Below, piece after piece: positions 29,240 through 38,697 of a stretch of DNA of 64,000 nt; position 1 is the first letter of the stretch; each line of letters opens with the position of its first letter. The DNA is from Acidobacteriota bacterium. Lineage in GTDB: Bacteria; Bacteroidota; Ignavibacteria; UBA10030; UBA8401. The notes under the pieces were generated by a model that was given only the letters and a program-made list of their open reading frames with translations, was not told the origin of the DNA and made no database searches. The position numbers and the translations under genes were made by a program. The DNA lies in assembly GCA_050258555.1 (NCBI GenBank), contig JBLMZA010000094.1:19563-83562 (forward strand), read 5' to 3'.

Positions 29240-29794
29240 CTATATCCTTTCTTTCGTCATGGTAAGCGGTGTGTACAAGGGCCAGGAGCTGTCCGCTTCG
29301 GAGATCACCGAGACCGGCAGCGGCCACTCGATAGAGAATGCCGGATCATCGAAGCGCACGCCCGAGGCATAGAGCGGCGCATACATCTGCGAGACCTGAT
29401 AGGTCAGTTCCGCATGGTCCGTCAGGGACTGAAAGCCGTGCGCGAATCCTTCGGGCACATAGAGCGCGCGGTGATTGTCTTCGCTCAAATGCTCTGCGAC
29501 CCACTGCATGTATGTGGGCGATTCCGGCCGGAGATCGATCATGACATCGAGAATTTCTCCGCGCGTGCAGCGCACGAGCTTCGCTTCCTCGTACGGGGCG
29601 GTTTGAAAATGCATGCCGCGCACGGTGCCTTTTTTGTGATTGAGCGACACATTCGACTGCCGCACGCAGGGATTGAGTCCGTGCGAGGTGAATTCATCGG
29701 CGCAGAAGGACCGGGCAAAGAATCCGCGTTCATCCGCATGCGGCGCTAGTTCGATCAGATAGGCGCCTGTGAGGCGCGTTTCATGGAAGATCAT
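29240..29794 (-). CDS. NDP-4-keto-6-deoxyhexose 3,5-epimerase (RmlC-like cupin)
   Basis: 184 aa. The motifs GAYLIE...DERGFF...RGMHFQ...KLVRCTRGEILDV...YVPEGFAHGF are RmlC-family. Confidence 0.7.
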   Translation of the reverse strand: MIFHETRLTGAYLIELAPHADERGFFARSFCADEFTSHGLNPCVRQSNVSLNHKKGTVRGMHFQTAPYEEAKLVRCTRGEILDVMIDLRPESPTYMQWVAEHLSEDNHRALYVPEGFAHGFQSLTDHAELTYQVSQMYAPLYASGVRFDDPAFSIEWPLPVSVISEADSSWPLYTPLTMTKERI

Positions 29795-30864
29795 GGATGC
29801 TCCAATAGTTCGTAGCGCGTGATGTGCAGCTCGGTCAGATCGCGCACATCATGCTTGTGATAATAGGCTTTGTACCACTCGACGACGAATTCCAATGTCT
29901 GCGCCAGGCGCATGCGCGGCTTCCAGTCCAGGTGCGTTCTTGCCTTCGATGAATCAAGCCGGAGCATGCCGGCTTCGTGCACGCGTTGGGCCTCCGCCGC
30001 CTCGAGCCTCCAGGAAGCGTCATCGCCCCAGAAGCGCGTGAGCGTGTCGGCGATCCAGGAGACCGGCCTGGCATCATCGTCTGCCGGGCCGAAATTCCAT
30101 GCCTGCGAAAAGCGCGCAGGCTCGTGATAGAGACGTTCGGCCAATGTCAGGTAGCCCCTGAGCGGTTCGAGCACGAACTGCCAGGGCCGCACCGCATGCG
30201 GATTGCGGATGACGACCGCCCGGCGTTCCATGAAGCCGCGCATGATGTCGGGCACGAGCTGGTGCGTGGTCCAGTCGCCGCCTCCGAGCACATTGCCCGC
30301 TCTGGCCGTGGCGATGCCGATGCCGCCGGCGCGCGTGGAAAAGAAGGACTGACGGTAGGCCGATGTGACGAGTTCCGAGCAGGCCTTCGAGTTCGAATAG
30401 GGATCGTAGCCGCCGAGCGCATCGGTTTCCCGGTAGGCCCATTCCCATTCCCTGTTCTCGTAGCACTTGTCTGTGGTGACGTTGACCACGGCGCGCACGC
30501 TGTCTGTCCGGCGCACGGCTTCAAAGAGATTGACCGTGCCCATGACGTTCGTCTCGTAGGTCTCGAACGGAGCGTCGTAGCCTGTGCGCACGACGGTCTG
30601 CGCCGCCATATGGATGATGATCTCGGGCCGGGCCTCGCGCACGGCGCGAAGGAAGGCTTCGCCGTCGCGCACGTCTCCATGGAGCGAGCGCACGGCATCT
30701 TCCGCATGAGCCAGATGAAAAAGGCTGGGCGATGTCGGCGCCTCGAGCGCAAAGCCCGTCACATCGGCGCCGAGCCTGGAAAGCCAGAGGCAGAGCCAGC
30801 TGCCCTTGAATCCGGTGTGCCCCGTCACGAGCACGCGCTTCGATTTCCAGAAATCTGCATTCAT
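29791..30864 (-). CDS. rfbG: CDP-glucose 4,6-dehydratase
   Basis: N-terminal VLVTGHTGFKGSWL, the YDPYSNSKAC catalytic YxxxK context, and a length of 357 aa. Confidence 0.8.
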   Translation of the reverse strand: MNADFWKSKRVLVTGHTGFKGSWLCLWLSRLGADVTGFALEAPTSPSLFHLAHAEDAVRSLHGDVRDGEAFLRAVREARPEIIIHMAAQTVVRTGYDAPFETYETNVMGTVNLFEAVRRTDSVRAVVNVTTDKCYENREWEWAYRETDALGGYDPYSNSKACSELVTSAYRQSFFSTRAGGIGIATARAGNVLGGGDWTTHQLVPDIMRGFMERRAVVIRNPHAVRPWQFVLEPLRGYLTLAERLYHEPARFSQAWNFGPADDDARPVSWIADTLTRFWGDDASWRLEAAEAQRVHEAGMLRLDSSKARTHLDWKPRMRLAQTLEFVVEWYKAYYHKHDVRDLTELHITRYELLEHP

Positions 30865-31793
30865 GGTTTTTCAATGAGTGTGAGAGGCCGCGGCGCGCGA
30901 ACGACTTCGCCTTTGACGATCATGCCGAGCACATCGATGATGTTCCATGCAAAGCTCTTCCAGTACCAGCTGCACCAGCGAACGACGAGTCCGTAGCAGG
31001 CCATGCGTTCCTTCAGGGGAAGGGGGAACATGCCCACGGTCCGGAAAAATTCGGCGGCCATGCGCCAGCGCGGAAAGACGATCGATCCCTGCTTCGAGGG
31101 ATCGAGGAAATAAATGTATCCTCTGTATGTCCGGAACTGATAATGCCCGCGGCTCTTGTGATCGCGATTGTAATACAGCGGCTCCGGAATCCGGTGGATT
31201 CTGCCGAGCATGCCCAGACGCGCCAGAAGCACGCCGTCGGCGTGTCCGTAGACGGGCAGCAATGGCTTCGGCATCCGGTCCAGGGCCGATTTGCGTATGA
31301 CGGCGAACAGATCGTAGCACTTCGTGTTGTTCAAGAGCGCATAGAAACGCTTGCGCGGGCTTGAAGAATCGGCGTCGATATCCTCATGGCTTTCGCCGGT
31401 GACCGTGCCTTCTTCATCGATAATGAGGAAGCGCGACGAGCAGGCGACCGTGTCCTGATCGCGCTCGAGCACGTCGACGCAGCGCTCGATGAACGAAGGG
31501 TCGTAGAGATCGTCGTGCGGCGAAAACTTGAAATAGGTGCCGAGTGCAAGCTCATACACGCGGTTGAAGTTCTTCAACAGCCCCTGGTTCGTCTCGAACC
31601 GGTAATAGCGGATGCGGCTGTCGAGCGCGCCATGGCGCTCGCAGATTTCGCGCGTGCGGTCCGTCGAGCCGTTGTCGGAAATGACGATCTCAAGATCGCC
31701 GTATGTCTGCGTGCGCGCGCACGTGAGCGCCTCTTCCAGATAGGCCTCTCCGTTGTAGACCGGTATGCCGATTGTGACCATGGGTGTCTTCAT
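30861..31793 (-). CDS. family 2 glycosyltransferase
   Basis: VTIGIPVYNGEAYL...ISDNGSTD...GT2 DxD context. 4-nt overlaps on both sides. Confidence 0.7.
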   Translation of the reverse strand: MKTPMVTIGIPVYNGEAYLEEALTCARTQTYGDLEIVISDNGSTDRTREICERHGALDSRIRYYRFETNQGLLKNFNRVYELALGTYFKFSPHDDLYDPSFIERCVDVLERDQDTVACSSRFLIIDEEGTVTGESHEDIDADSSSPRKRFYALLNNTKCYDLFAVIRKSALDRMPKPLLPVYGHADGVLLARLGMLGRIHRIPEPLYYNRDHKSRGHYQFRTYRGYIYFLDPSKQGSIVFPRWRMAAEFFRTVGMFPLPLKERMACYGLVVRWCSWYWKSFAWNIIDVLGMIVKGEVVRAPRPLTLIEKP

Positions 31794-32920
31794 CGCGTGT
31801 GCCTTCCATTCTGTCCGTCAGCGGCCTGTTTCAGGTATTTGATCGTCCGTTCGATATTCGGGCGGAGGCTGAAGCGTTCTTCCACGATCTTTCGGCCCCT
31901 GAGACCGAACTCGCGCCGCATCATGCAGTTGTCTGTGAGCTCGAAGAGTCTTCCTGCGAACGCCGCTTCGTCATCCACCGGAATGATGAAGCCCGAAGCT
32001 CCGTGCTCGACGATCTCGCGCATCGCGCCCACATCGGTCGTGATCACCGGCAGCTGCATGGCCATCGCCTCCAGATTCACCCACGAGTGGAAGTCGGCGC
32101 GCGTCGGCAGCACGAAGATATCGGCGTCATGATAGAGCGCGATCATCTCGGGGCTGTTGGGCGCGATATCATGGTGGACCGTGACATTGGGCGGCAATTC
32201 CGTGAGCGCCGTTTGCGTCACGATGTCGAACCGGCACTGGGCGAACTGCGGTCGCTGTGCCGCACGCAGCACGAGATCTCCGCCTTTGCGCAAAAAATGT
32301 CCGCCCACAAAGAGGATCCGCAACGGGCGCGAAGCGTTCACCGGTCGGAGGCCGTTGTTCCAGAATTCGAGATTGATGCCCGGAGGCACGACCTCGATGC
32401 GCGTTTCGCTGATGCCGTAATCCCGGATGAGCGATTGCTTCACCCAATCGGAAAAGGGAAGGATGAAGCTGGCATCGTTGAAGACCGCGCGCGTGAGCAG
32501 CTTCTTTGCCTGGCGGATGAACGGGTATGCCCGGTTGAGCTTCTTTTCATACCAGCGCGCGTAACGGTCATGCAGCACGGGCGTGGCATCGGTCGTGATC
32601 ACCATCGGCACGCGCTTCCGGAATCCGAAGAGCCAGAGGGGCAGCATCTGGTGATGGAAGAGCGCCGCATCGAAGCGCATGCCCGAGCGCTCGAGGGCCT
32701 GCACACGCCGGCGCGTGACGACTCCGCCTTTGACGCTCCAGTTGAGCGACAGGGGCCAGAACCGGGCATACCACTCTTTCGGTTCCCACTCGATGGGCAG
32801 CCACACGGCATCGATCTCCTCCATCGATGAGACGATATCGTAGAGGTTCTTGTAGTATGTCGCGTTGCCGCTGAACATGGCTACAGAAAATAACAACCGG
32901 TATTTTTTCGTCTCCGACAT
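31790..32920 (-). CDS. family 4 (GT-B) glycosyltransferase
   Basis: C-terminal EAMAMQLPVITTDVGAMREIVEHGASGFI is the GT4 EX7E region. Confidence 0.7.
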   Translation of the reverse strand: MSETKKYRLLFSVAMFSGNATYYKNLYDIVSSMEEIDAVWLPIEWEPKEWYARFWPLSLNWSVKGGVVTRRRVQALERSGMRFDAALFHHQMLPLWLFGFRKRVPMVITTDATPVLHDRYARWYEKKLNRAYPFIRQAKKLLTRAVFNDASFILPFSDWVKQSLIRDYGISETRIEVVPPGINLEFWNNGLRPVNASRPLRILFVGGHFLRKGGDLVLRAAQRPQFAQCRFDIVTQTALTELPPNVTVHHDIAPNSPEMIALYHDADIFVLPTRADFHSWVNLEAMAMQLPVITTDVGAMREIVEHGASGFIIPVDDEAAFAGRLFELTDNCMMRREFGLRGRKIVEERFSLRPNIERTIKYLKQAADGQNGRHTR

Positions 32921-32962
32921 GGATTTGTTGTCCCCCTATAGTGCTGCTTTGAACATTCGGCA

Positions 32963-33904
32963 TCAGCGCTGAGCGCGCACTTCCAGTGCTTCGCGCGCGG
33001 CGATGCCGTGCCGCTCCAGAAGCGAAAGCGTCGTATCCATCACCTGCTCGAAGCCGATGCAGGTCACGGCCTCTTCTTCGAACCCTTTGCCGAAGAAATA
33101 CCGCTCGAGCTTCGGCGAGACGATCTTTGTGAGCAGTCCGTAATCGAAAATTTCCCAGGGACTCGTGCACGGGAAAATCGCCAGACAGGGCTTCGAGAGC
33201 CCGAGCGCCAGGTGCATCGGCAGGCTGTCGGGCGCGATCACGAACCGGTGATTGCGGATATCGGCCAGGTGCTCGATGAGCGTGGGACGCACCGGAAGCA
33301 CATTCACTTTGTAGGAGCCTGAAAGCTCGTCCACAAGCGCCTGCATGGCATACCAGTTTTTCATGGGCCAGCGTTTGCCGGCCGTGAGCGCCACGGCGAT
33401 GTCGCCTTCGAGCGCCGACGGCGGAATCTCATCGGGCATCACATAGGGCTCGCCCTGAAACGTGAGGCCGAGTCCCTCGAAGATGATCTCCTGATAGGAG
33501 CGGTGGTTGGCGTACTTCAGCCGGTTGGCCTCCTGGATTCCATAGCGGCTGATGAGCCCCATATCGAACCAGCCGGAGGCGCTGTCGGTATAGTGAAGCC
33601 TTCCGTCTTGATCGGGATAGGCGCCGAAGATCGCATCGTAGCGGATATGCGCCATTGCGCGCACGAGATAGTCCGCATCGTCCTCGAGAGAAATGACAAG
33701 ATCGTAGCGGCGGGCACCGAGCGCTTCTGGCTCCTCATAGATCGAACGGAGGCGGGACTCGGGAAGCAGCATCCGGTTTTCTTTCGAAACGAGCCAGTCG
33801 ATTTCCCACCCGGAAAAAGGATGGAGGAGCGTCGTGGTGCGCACGACGTCTCCGGCGGCGCCGCATTTGATGATCAGTACTTGGTTCATAGTCTGTCTGC
33901 TCAA
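32963..33904 (-). CDS. family 9 glycosyltransferase (heptosyltransferase-like)
   Basis: N-terminal VLIIKCGAAGDVVRTT matches the GT9 K..GA.GDV signature, and the fold is GT-B. Confidence 0.6.
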   Translation of the reverse strand: MSRQTMNQVLIIKCGAAGDVVRTTTLLHPFSGWEIDWLVSKENRMLLPESRLRSIYEEPEALGARRYDLVISLEDDADYLVRAMAHIRYDAIFGAYPDQDGRLHYTDSASGWFDMGLISRYGIQEANRLKYANHRSYQEIIFEGLGLTFQGEPYVMPDEIPPSALEGDIAVALTAGKRWPMKNWYAMQALVDELSGSYKVNVLPVRPTLIEHLADIRNHRFVIAPDSLPMHLALGLSKPCLAIFPCTSPWEIFDYGLLTKIVSPKLERYFFGKGFEEEAVTCIGFEQVMDTTLSLLERHGIAAREALEVRAQR

Positions 33905-33942
33905 TCTGTGTGTAGTGATGGATGAATGTGTGTGTGTGACTG

Positions 33943-35157
33943 TTACGATGCTTCTTCTATCGGAAGCTGCATGCCGGAAGCCTCGAGCAGCACCGCTTCG
34001 AGCGCCTCGCCCTTGGCGCGCCAGTTGTTTTCCTTCGAGACTGTCTGGTAGGCGTTCAGCGCGAGCTGCGTCCTGAGCGTCGCATCAGAGAACAGGCGCA
34101 CAACCGCGTCGGCAAACGCCTCGGGTGTATCGGCGATGAGGGCCGAATGCCCGTGCGTGAGATTGATGCCTTCCACGCCGATCGCGGTCGAGACGATCGG
34201 ACAGCGCATCGCCATCGCTTCAAGCGCCTTGCCGCGCACGCCCCCGCCGATCTGCAGCGGGATGATGAAGACGCTTGAGCGCGCGATGAAGGGCCGCACG
34301 TCCTCGACAAAGCCGGTCACCGTGACGCGATCTGATCGGAAGGCCTGCAGCCGCGCGCTCGGATTCTTTCCCACCACATACACATGCGCATCGGGCACGC
34401 GCGCCGTGATCAGCGGGAAGATTTCTTCCAGGAAATAGAGTATGCCCGTATCGTTCGGATGATAGGACATGAGCCCGGTGAAGACCATGGCATGAGGCTC
34501 GGGCGATGCATCGAGGTGTTCGAAGAACACCGGGTCGACGCCGTTCTGGATCACGCTCACCGGCGTTGAGGGAAGCCATGCGCGCAGAATGGCCGCATCG
34601 CGCTCGGTCGTGGCCGTCATGGCGCTGAAGCGCCGGCAGTTGCGCTTTTCGTCGCGTTCGCCGTAGCGGTAGGCCAGATAGTGAAACAGCTTCCAGAATC
34701 CGGGGCCCGTGTTCCGATACGTCCTGTAGATGAGATCGCTTTCCACATTGTGGGCGTCGCTCACGACCGGCACGCCCGAGGGGAAGCGGAAAAATCCGAA
34801 GCCCTGGGTCGTGCAGTAGATCACATCGAAGCGCTTCTGACGGGCAAGGCGCGTGAGCGCCTGCTGCATCGGCTTTCTATAGAGCTGCCGGAACGTGCTG
34901 CGGCCCGTGGCAAGCAGCCAGAAGGCTTCGAAGGCATGGAAGATCCTCGGGCGGCGCTTGTCGATGAACGTCACGCTCTCGCACAGGTGTCCGTAGTGGG
35001 CGCGGAAGAGCCGCTCCTCGTCGCTTGTGCCGTAGGAAAGCACGGTCACCCGGTGGCGCCGGGCAAGCTCGCGGAAGAGCGGAAGGTTGCGCTTCGTTCC
35101 CCCCAGGTCGTAGGGAGGAGGAAGCGGGGCATAGGGAAACATCATCAGTATATTCAT
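33943..35157 (-). CDS. family 4 glycosyltransferase
   Basis: GGT.R...L...G in the N-terminal part and EAMAMRCPIVSTAIGVEG in the C-terminal part. Confidence 0.7.
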   Translation of the reverse strand: MNILMMFPYAPLPPPYDLGGTKRNLPLFRELARRHRVTVLSYGTSDEERLFRAHYGHLCESVTFIDKRRPRIFHAFEAFWLLATGRSTFRQLYRKPMQQALTRLARQKRFDVIYCTTQGFGFFRFPSGVPVVSDAHNVESDLIYRTYRNTGPGFWKLFHYLAYRYGERDEKRNCRRFSAMTATTERDAAILRAWLPSTPVSVIQNGVDPVFFEHLDASPEPHAMVFTGLMSYHPNDTGILYFLEEIFPLITARVPDAHVYVVGKNPSARLQAFRSDRVTVTGFVEDVRPFIARSSVFIIPLQIGGGVRGKALEAMAMRCPIVSTAIGVEGINLTHGHSALIADTPEAFADAVVRLFSDATLRTQLALNAYQTVSKENNWRAKGEALEAVLLEASGMQLPIEEAS

Positions 35158-36266
35158 TGAGCCAGTCGTGGTTGTGTCGTATGTGTGTGTGAAGCCGGAC
35201 GGACCGCATGGCGCTCGATCGCGCTTTCCACGATCGACTTCACGCGCGAGACCCAGTCTTCAAGCTTGTGATATTGCCGTGCATGCTCGAGCGCGGCGCG
35301 GCCCATGCGCTCGGCGACATCGGGATTGTTCCACAGGTATTCGATCGCTTCGCGCATCGCGCGCTCATCGTTCACCGGCACGAACAGTCCCGTTTTCCCG
35401 TGCTCGATGATGTCGACCTGCCCCTTCGTCTTCGAACAGATGACGGGCTTTCCCATGGCCATCGCTTCCAGAATGCTCGTCGAGCCGTTGTCGGTATCGG
35501 TCGAAAGCACGGGCATCACAAGAAAGCGGGACCGTGCATAGAGCTCTCTGAGCGCGCAGAAGTCCTTCTTCCCGGCCGTGATCAGGGGATACCGGCTCTG
35601 CGCATCGCGCAGTGTGTCGATCCAGGGGTCGTGCTTGCCCTGGACGATATTGGCGGCGATATGCAGCCGGATGCCCGTGGGCGCCGCGGCGCGGATGAGC
35701 GTTTCATAGTCGCGCATCTCGCGGCCGACCGAGCAGATCATATCGGTGGAAGCCTGCGGCATCGGACGCCAGAACGCGGTATCGACCGGCCAGCGCAGAA
35801 GCGGCACTTTCTCCTCCGGAATGCCGAGCACGGATGCGGCATGCTCGCGCTGCACGCTCGACATGAGGATGATCGCATCGAAGTGCGACTGTGCCAGAGA
35901 CAGGAGCCGGGAGGTTTTCGGCTTCGAGATCCAGGAGAAGATGCCGACATGCGGCATGCGCACGCCTCGCGCCTTCTGGAGGGCGGCAAAGGGAATGCCG
36001 ATCTTTTCATTCCAGGAGATGACGGCATCGTAGCGCCGCGCGATCGCGAGGGCTTCAACGAGCTGCGATGTCCACACGGGCATCGTCCGGTAGAGCGTCC
36101 GGCGAAAGGCCGGCGCGCGATCGAGGCAGCGCTCGTTCAGAAGCTCCGTTTCGAGCTCGCGGTTGAAGAACGATGCCCGCGGATGCCGGTCCTCTTTCTC
36201 CAGACGCACGAGCTCATCCCATTCCGGACGCAGCTGATGTGCGCCGACCAGCGTCAGTGTTCTCAT
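35154..36266 (-). CDS. family 4 glycosyltransferase
   Basis: C-terminal ILEAMAMGKPVICSKTKGQVDIIEHGKTGLFV. The start was moved to the ATG at 36266 (GGGAGA RBS); the track ORF extends to 36404. Confidence 0.65.
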   Translation of the reverse strand: MRTLTLVGAHQLRPEWDELVRLEKEDRHPRASFFNRELETELLNERCLDRAPAFRRTLYRTMPVWTSQLVEALAIARRYDAVISWNEKIGIPFAALQKARGVRMPHVGIFSWISKPKTSRLLSLAQSHFDAIILMSSVQREHAASVLGIPEEKVPLLRWPVDTAFWRPMPQASTDMICSVGREMRDYETLIRAAAPTGIRLHIAANIVQGKHDPWIDTLRDAQSRYPLITAGKKDFCALRELYARSRFLVMPVLSTDTDNGSTSILEAMAMGKPVICSKTKGQVDIIEHGKTGLFVPVNDERAMREAIEYLWNNPDVAERMGRAALEHARQYHKLEDWVSRVKSIVESAIERHAVRPASHTHTTQPRLAQ

Positions 36267-37198
36267 GTTCCTGTCTCCCGATGTTCCATCTGATAGTGAA
36301 CGTCCTCGGGCGCCTCGGGCGCCTGAGCGGTGCGTGCGCCGCCGTGCATCCTGCGCCGGAAGGCATGAAGCGTGCCCTGCAGCGCCTTCTTCATGAGCCA
36401 CCACAGCCAGCGGTAATGCACATAGACCGACTGCAGCTGGAACCAGAAGGCGATCCGGCTTTTCGAATCGTTCATCCGGATGCGCCGCACTTCCAGGTGA
36501 TCGCTTCCGAAAATCGGCGGACCGGTGAAGGCGCCGCAGGCGATCGTGTAGCCCGCATCGCGCGCCATCTGCTTGATAGCCTCATTGGCCAGTCCGTAGG
36601 GATAGGAAAGCGTCCGCACGGGCGCATTGAGCAGAATCTCCAGCCCGATGCGCGCTTCGTACAATTCGTTCCAGGATTCCGATTCGGCAACGCCGGTGAG
36701 CCGCACATGGTGCATGGAATGGGCGCCGATTTCAAAGCCGGCTTCATGGAGCTCCAGAATCTCTTCCTCGCGCAACAGCTCGTAGACAGGAGAGATGCCG
36801 CGGTCCCATTCATTCGTCCTGATCGAGCGGCTGCCGAGCACGAAGACCACGCCGCGCATGCCGAACTCCCTCATCACCGGATAGGCGTATGTGAACACGT
36901 CGCGGTAGCCGTCGTCGAACGTGATGATGACGGGCTTGCGCGGAAGGCTCAGGGCGCCCTGGCAGTAGAGCGCGTAGTCCTGGAATGTGATCGTGCTGTA
37001 GCCCCACTGCTCCAGGAGTTCCAGGTGCCGGCGGAATGTGTCACGGGCGATCGTGACGCCGGTCGTTTCGCAGGCCGGACGCTCCGGTCCGATCCGGTGA
37101 TAGAAGAGCACGCGGATGTTATCCGGATCTCCGTTGCGCGGATGCTGCGCGCGTGCGGGAAGCATGTCCTTCCTGTATGTCTCCATAGAGTTCTTCAT
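36263..37198 (-). CDS. polysaccharide deacetylase (CE4/NodB homology)
   Basis: VIITFDDGYRDVFTYAYP...GVVFVLG..., with the His-His-Asp metal site context. Confidence 0.75.
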   Translation of the reverse strand: MKNSMETYRKDMLPARAQHPRNGDPDNIRVLFYHRIGPERPACETTGVTIARDTFRRHLELLEQWGYSTITFQDYALYCQGALSLPRKPVIITFDDGYRDVFTYAYPVMREFGMRGVVFVLGSRSIRTNEWDRGISPVYELLREEEILELHEAGFEIGAHSMHHVRLTGVAESESWNELYEARIGLEILLNAPVRTLSYPYGLANEAIKQMARDAGYTIACGAFTGPPIFGSDHLEVRRIRMNDSKSRIAFWFQLQSVYVHYRWLWWLMKKALQGTLHAFRRRMHGGARTAQAPEAPEDVHYQMEHRETGT

Positions 37199-37206
37199 GC
37201 CGGTGC

Positions 37207-38697
37207 CTACGATTCGGCGCGGGAGAATCCCGGCCGCAGATTCACACGGCCGATGATCGAGCGCGCCAGCGCCTTATCAGAAGCCGTAAATGTTTTCATG
37301 AGCAGGAGCGAGACCGCATACGAGGCCGTCGCCAGTGCAGCCGAGGCGACCCACGTGACCGATGCGAGTGCAAGCAGCTCAAGGATGATGATCATCACCA
37401 CGCCCGAGGCGAGCGTCTTCACCTGCGCTCCGATGCGCGCATGTTCAAAGAGGCGCGACGGAATGAGCGCGAGCATGTTGATCATGACAAAGAGCTCGGT
37501 GATGAGCGTGGCGATGGCGGAGCCGATGCCGCCGTTGCCTGCCGAGTGCTGTGCAAAGGGGATGAGAAGATAATTCAATCCCACATTGACGAAGATGGCC
37601 AGGAACGCCGTGCGCGACATCGCTTTCTGCTTGTCCGACGAGAGAAGCACCGTTCCCAGCACGAAATCGATATAGAGCAGCACGACGCCCACAGAAAATA
37701 TTTTCAGGATGAGCACCGAGGGCTCATAGGAGCTGCGTCCGAAAAACAGATGGATGATCTCGGGCGCGAACGAGAAGGCGCCGATGGCCATCGGGACGGC
37801 GGTCATCATGATCGCATCCAGGCTTTTCTGCAGCATGAGGCTCTCGGCCTGGCTGTCGGTGTTCCATTTCCTGCTCATGACCGGAAAGACCGCCACGGTG
37901 AAGATCACCGGCACGACCATGAGCGAATCGAAAAAGCGGTAGGCCGCCGCATACCAGCCCACGACCTGTTCGGGCGTCATGAGCGAGAGCATCACGGTGT
38001 CGATCCGGTAATAGATGACGCCGAAGACGGTGTTGAGAAAATACGGCAGCCCTTCCTTCAGGAGCACGACGGCCTTCTTCCAGTCCACCTTCGGCATCGA
38101 ATCAAAAAGCGCCGGCCGAAAGCGCGTCATCACGAGTGAGGCGCTCACGGTGCCCGAGACGGCGATGAGGGCATAGCCCACGGGACCGACGCCGAAGAGG
38201 AGCGCCGCAATGCCCACGGCCGCAGTCAGCACGGTTTCAGAGACCGCGCCGTAGGACGGATACTTCATGAGATCGGCCCCGCGGTAGCAGTTGCCGATCA
38301 CGCTGTTGTAGCCGCTGGCAAGCGTGCCGAGTCCGAAGATCGCAACGATGAGAATCACCTCCGCCGGATAGCCGACGGCGAAGGCATACCCGAGCATGAG
38401 CGTGAAGGAGGCGGCCCAGAGGAATGCGCGCGCGCCGAGCGAGTTCACGTAGATCGATGCGGTCTCTTCGGGATTTTTGGCCACGGCCTTCATGATCGAA
38501 TAATTGCCGCCGAATTCGATCAGCAGCGCGAAGATGCCGGCTATCGACTGTCCCAGGTAGAGCCGCCCGTAGCCCACCGCTCCCAGACAGCGCGGAAGGA
38601 ACATCATCAGGACCAGCGTGGATGATGTCGTAATGACGCGCGTGAATGAAAGCACCGCCACGTTCTTTGTTACGGATTTTGCCGCCGTGCTGACCAT
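37207..38697 (-). CDS. wzx: Wzx-like polysaccharide flippase (MOP superfamily)
   Basis: About 12-14 transmembrane helices. The N-terminal KNVAVLSFTRVITTSSTLVLMMFL is typical of the polysaccharide biosynthesis protein family. Confidence 0.7.
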   Translation of the reverse strand: MVSTAAKSVTKNVAVLSFTRVITTSSTLVLMMFLPRCLGAVGYGRLYLGQSIAGIFALLIEFGGNYSIMKAVAKNPEETASIYVNSLGARAFLWAASFTLMLGYAFAVGYPAEVILIVAIFGLGTLASGYNSVIGNCYRGADLMKYPSYGAVSETVLTAAVGIAALLFGVGPVGYALIAVSGTVSASLVMTRFRPALFDSMPKVDWKKAVVLLKEGLPYFLNTVFGVIYYRIDTVMLSLMTPEQVVGWYAAAYRFFDSLMVVPVIFTVAVFPVMSRKWNTDSQAESLMLQKSLDAIMMTAVPMAIGAFSFAPEIIHLFFGRSSYEPSVLILKIFSVGVVLLYIDFVLGTVLLSSDKQKAMSRTAFLAIFVNVGLNYLLIPFAQHSAGNGGIGSAIATLITELFVMINMLALIPSRLFEHARIGAQVKTLASGVVMIIILELLALASVTWVASAALATASYAVSLLLMKTFTASDKALARSIIGRVNLRPGFSRAES

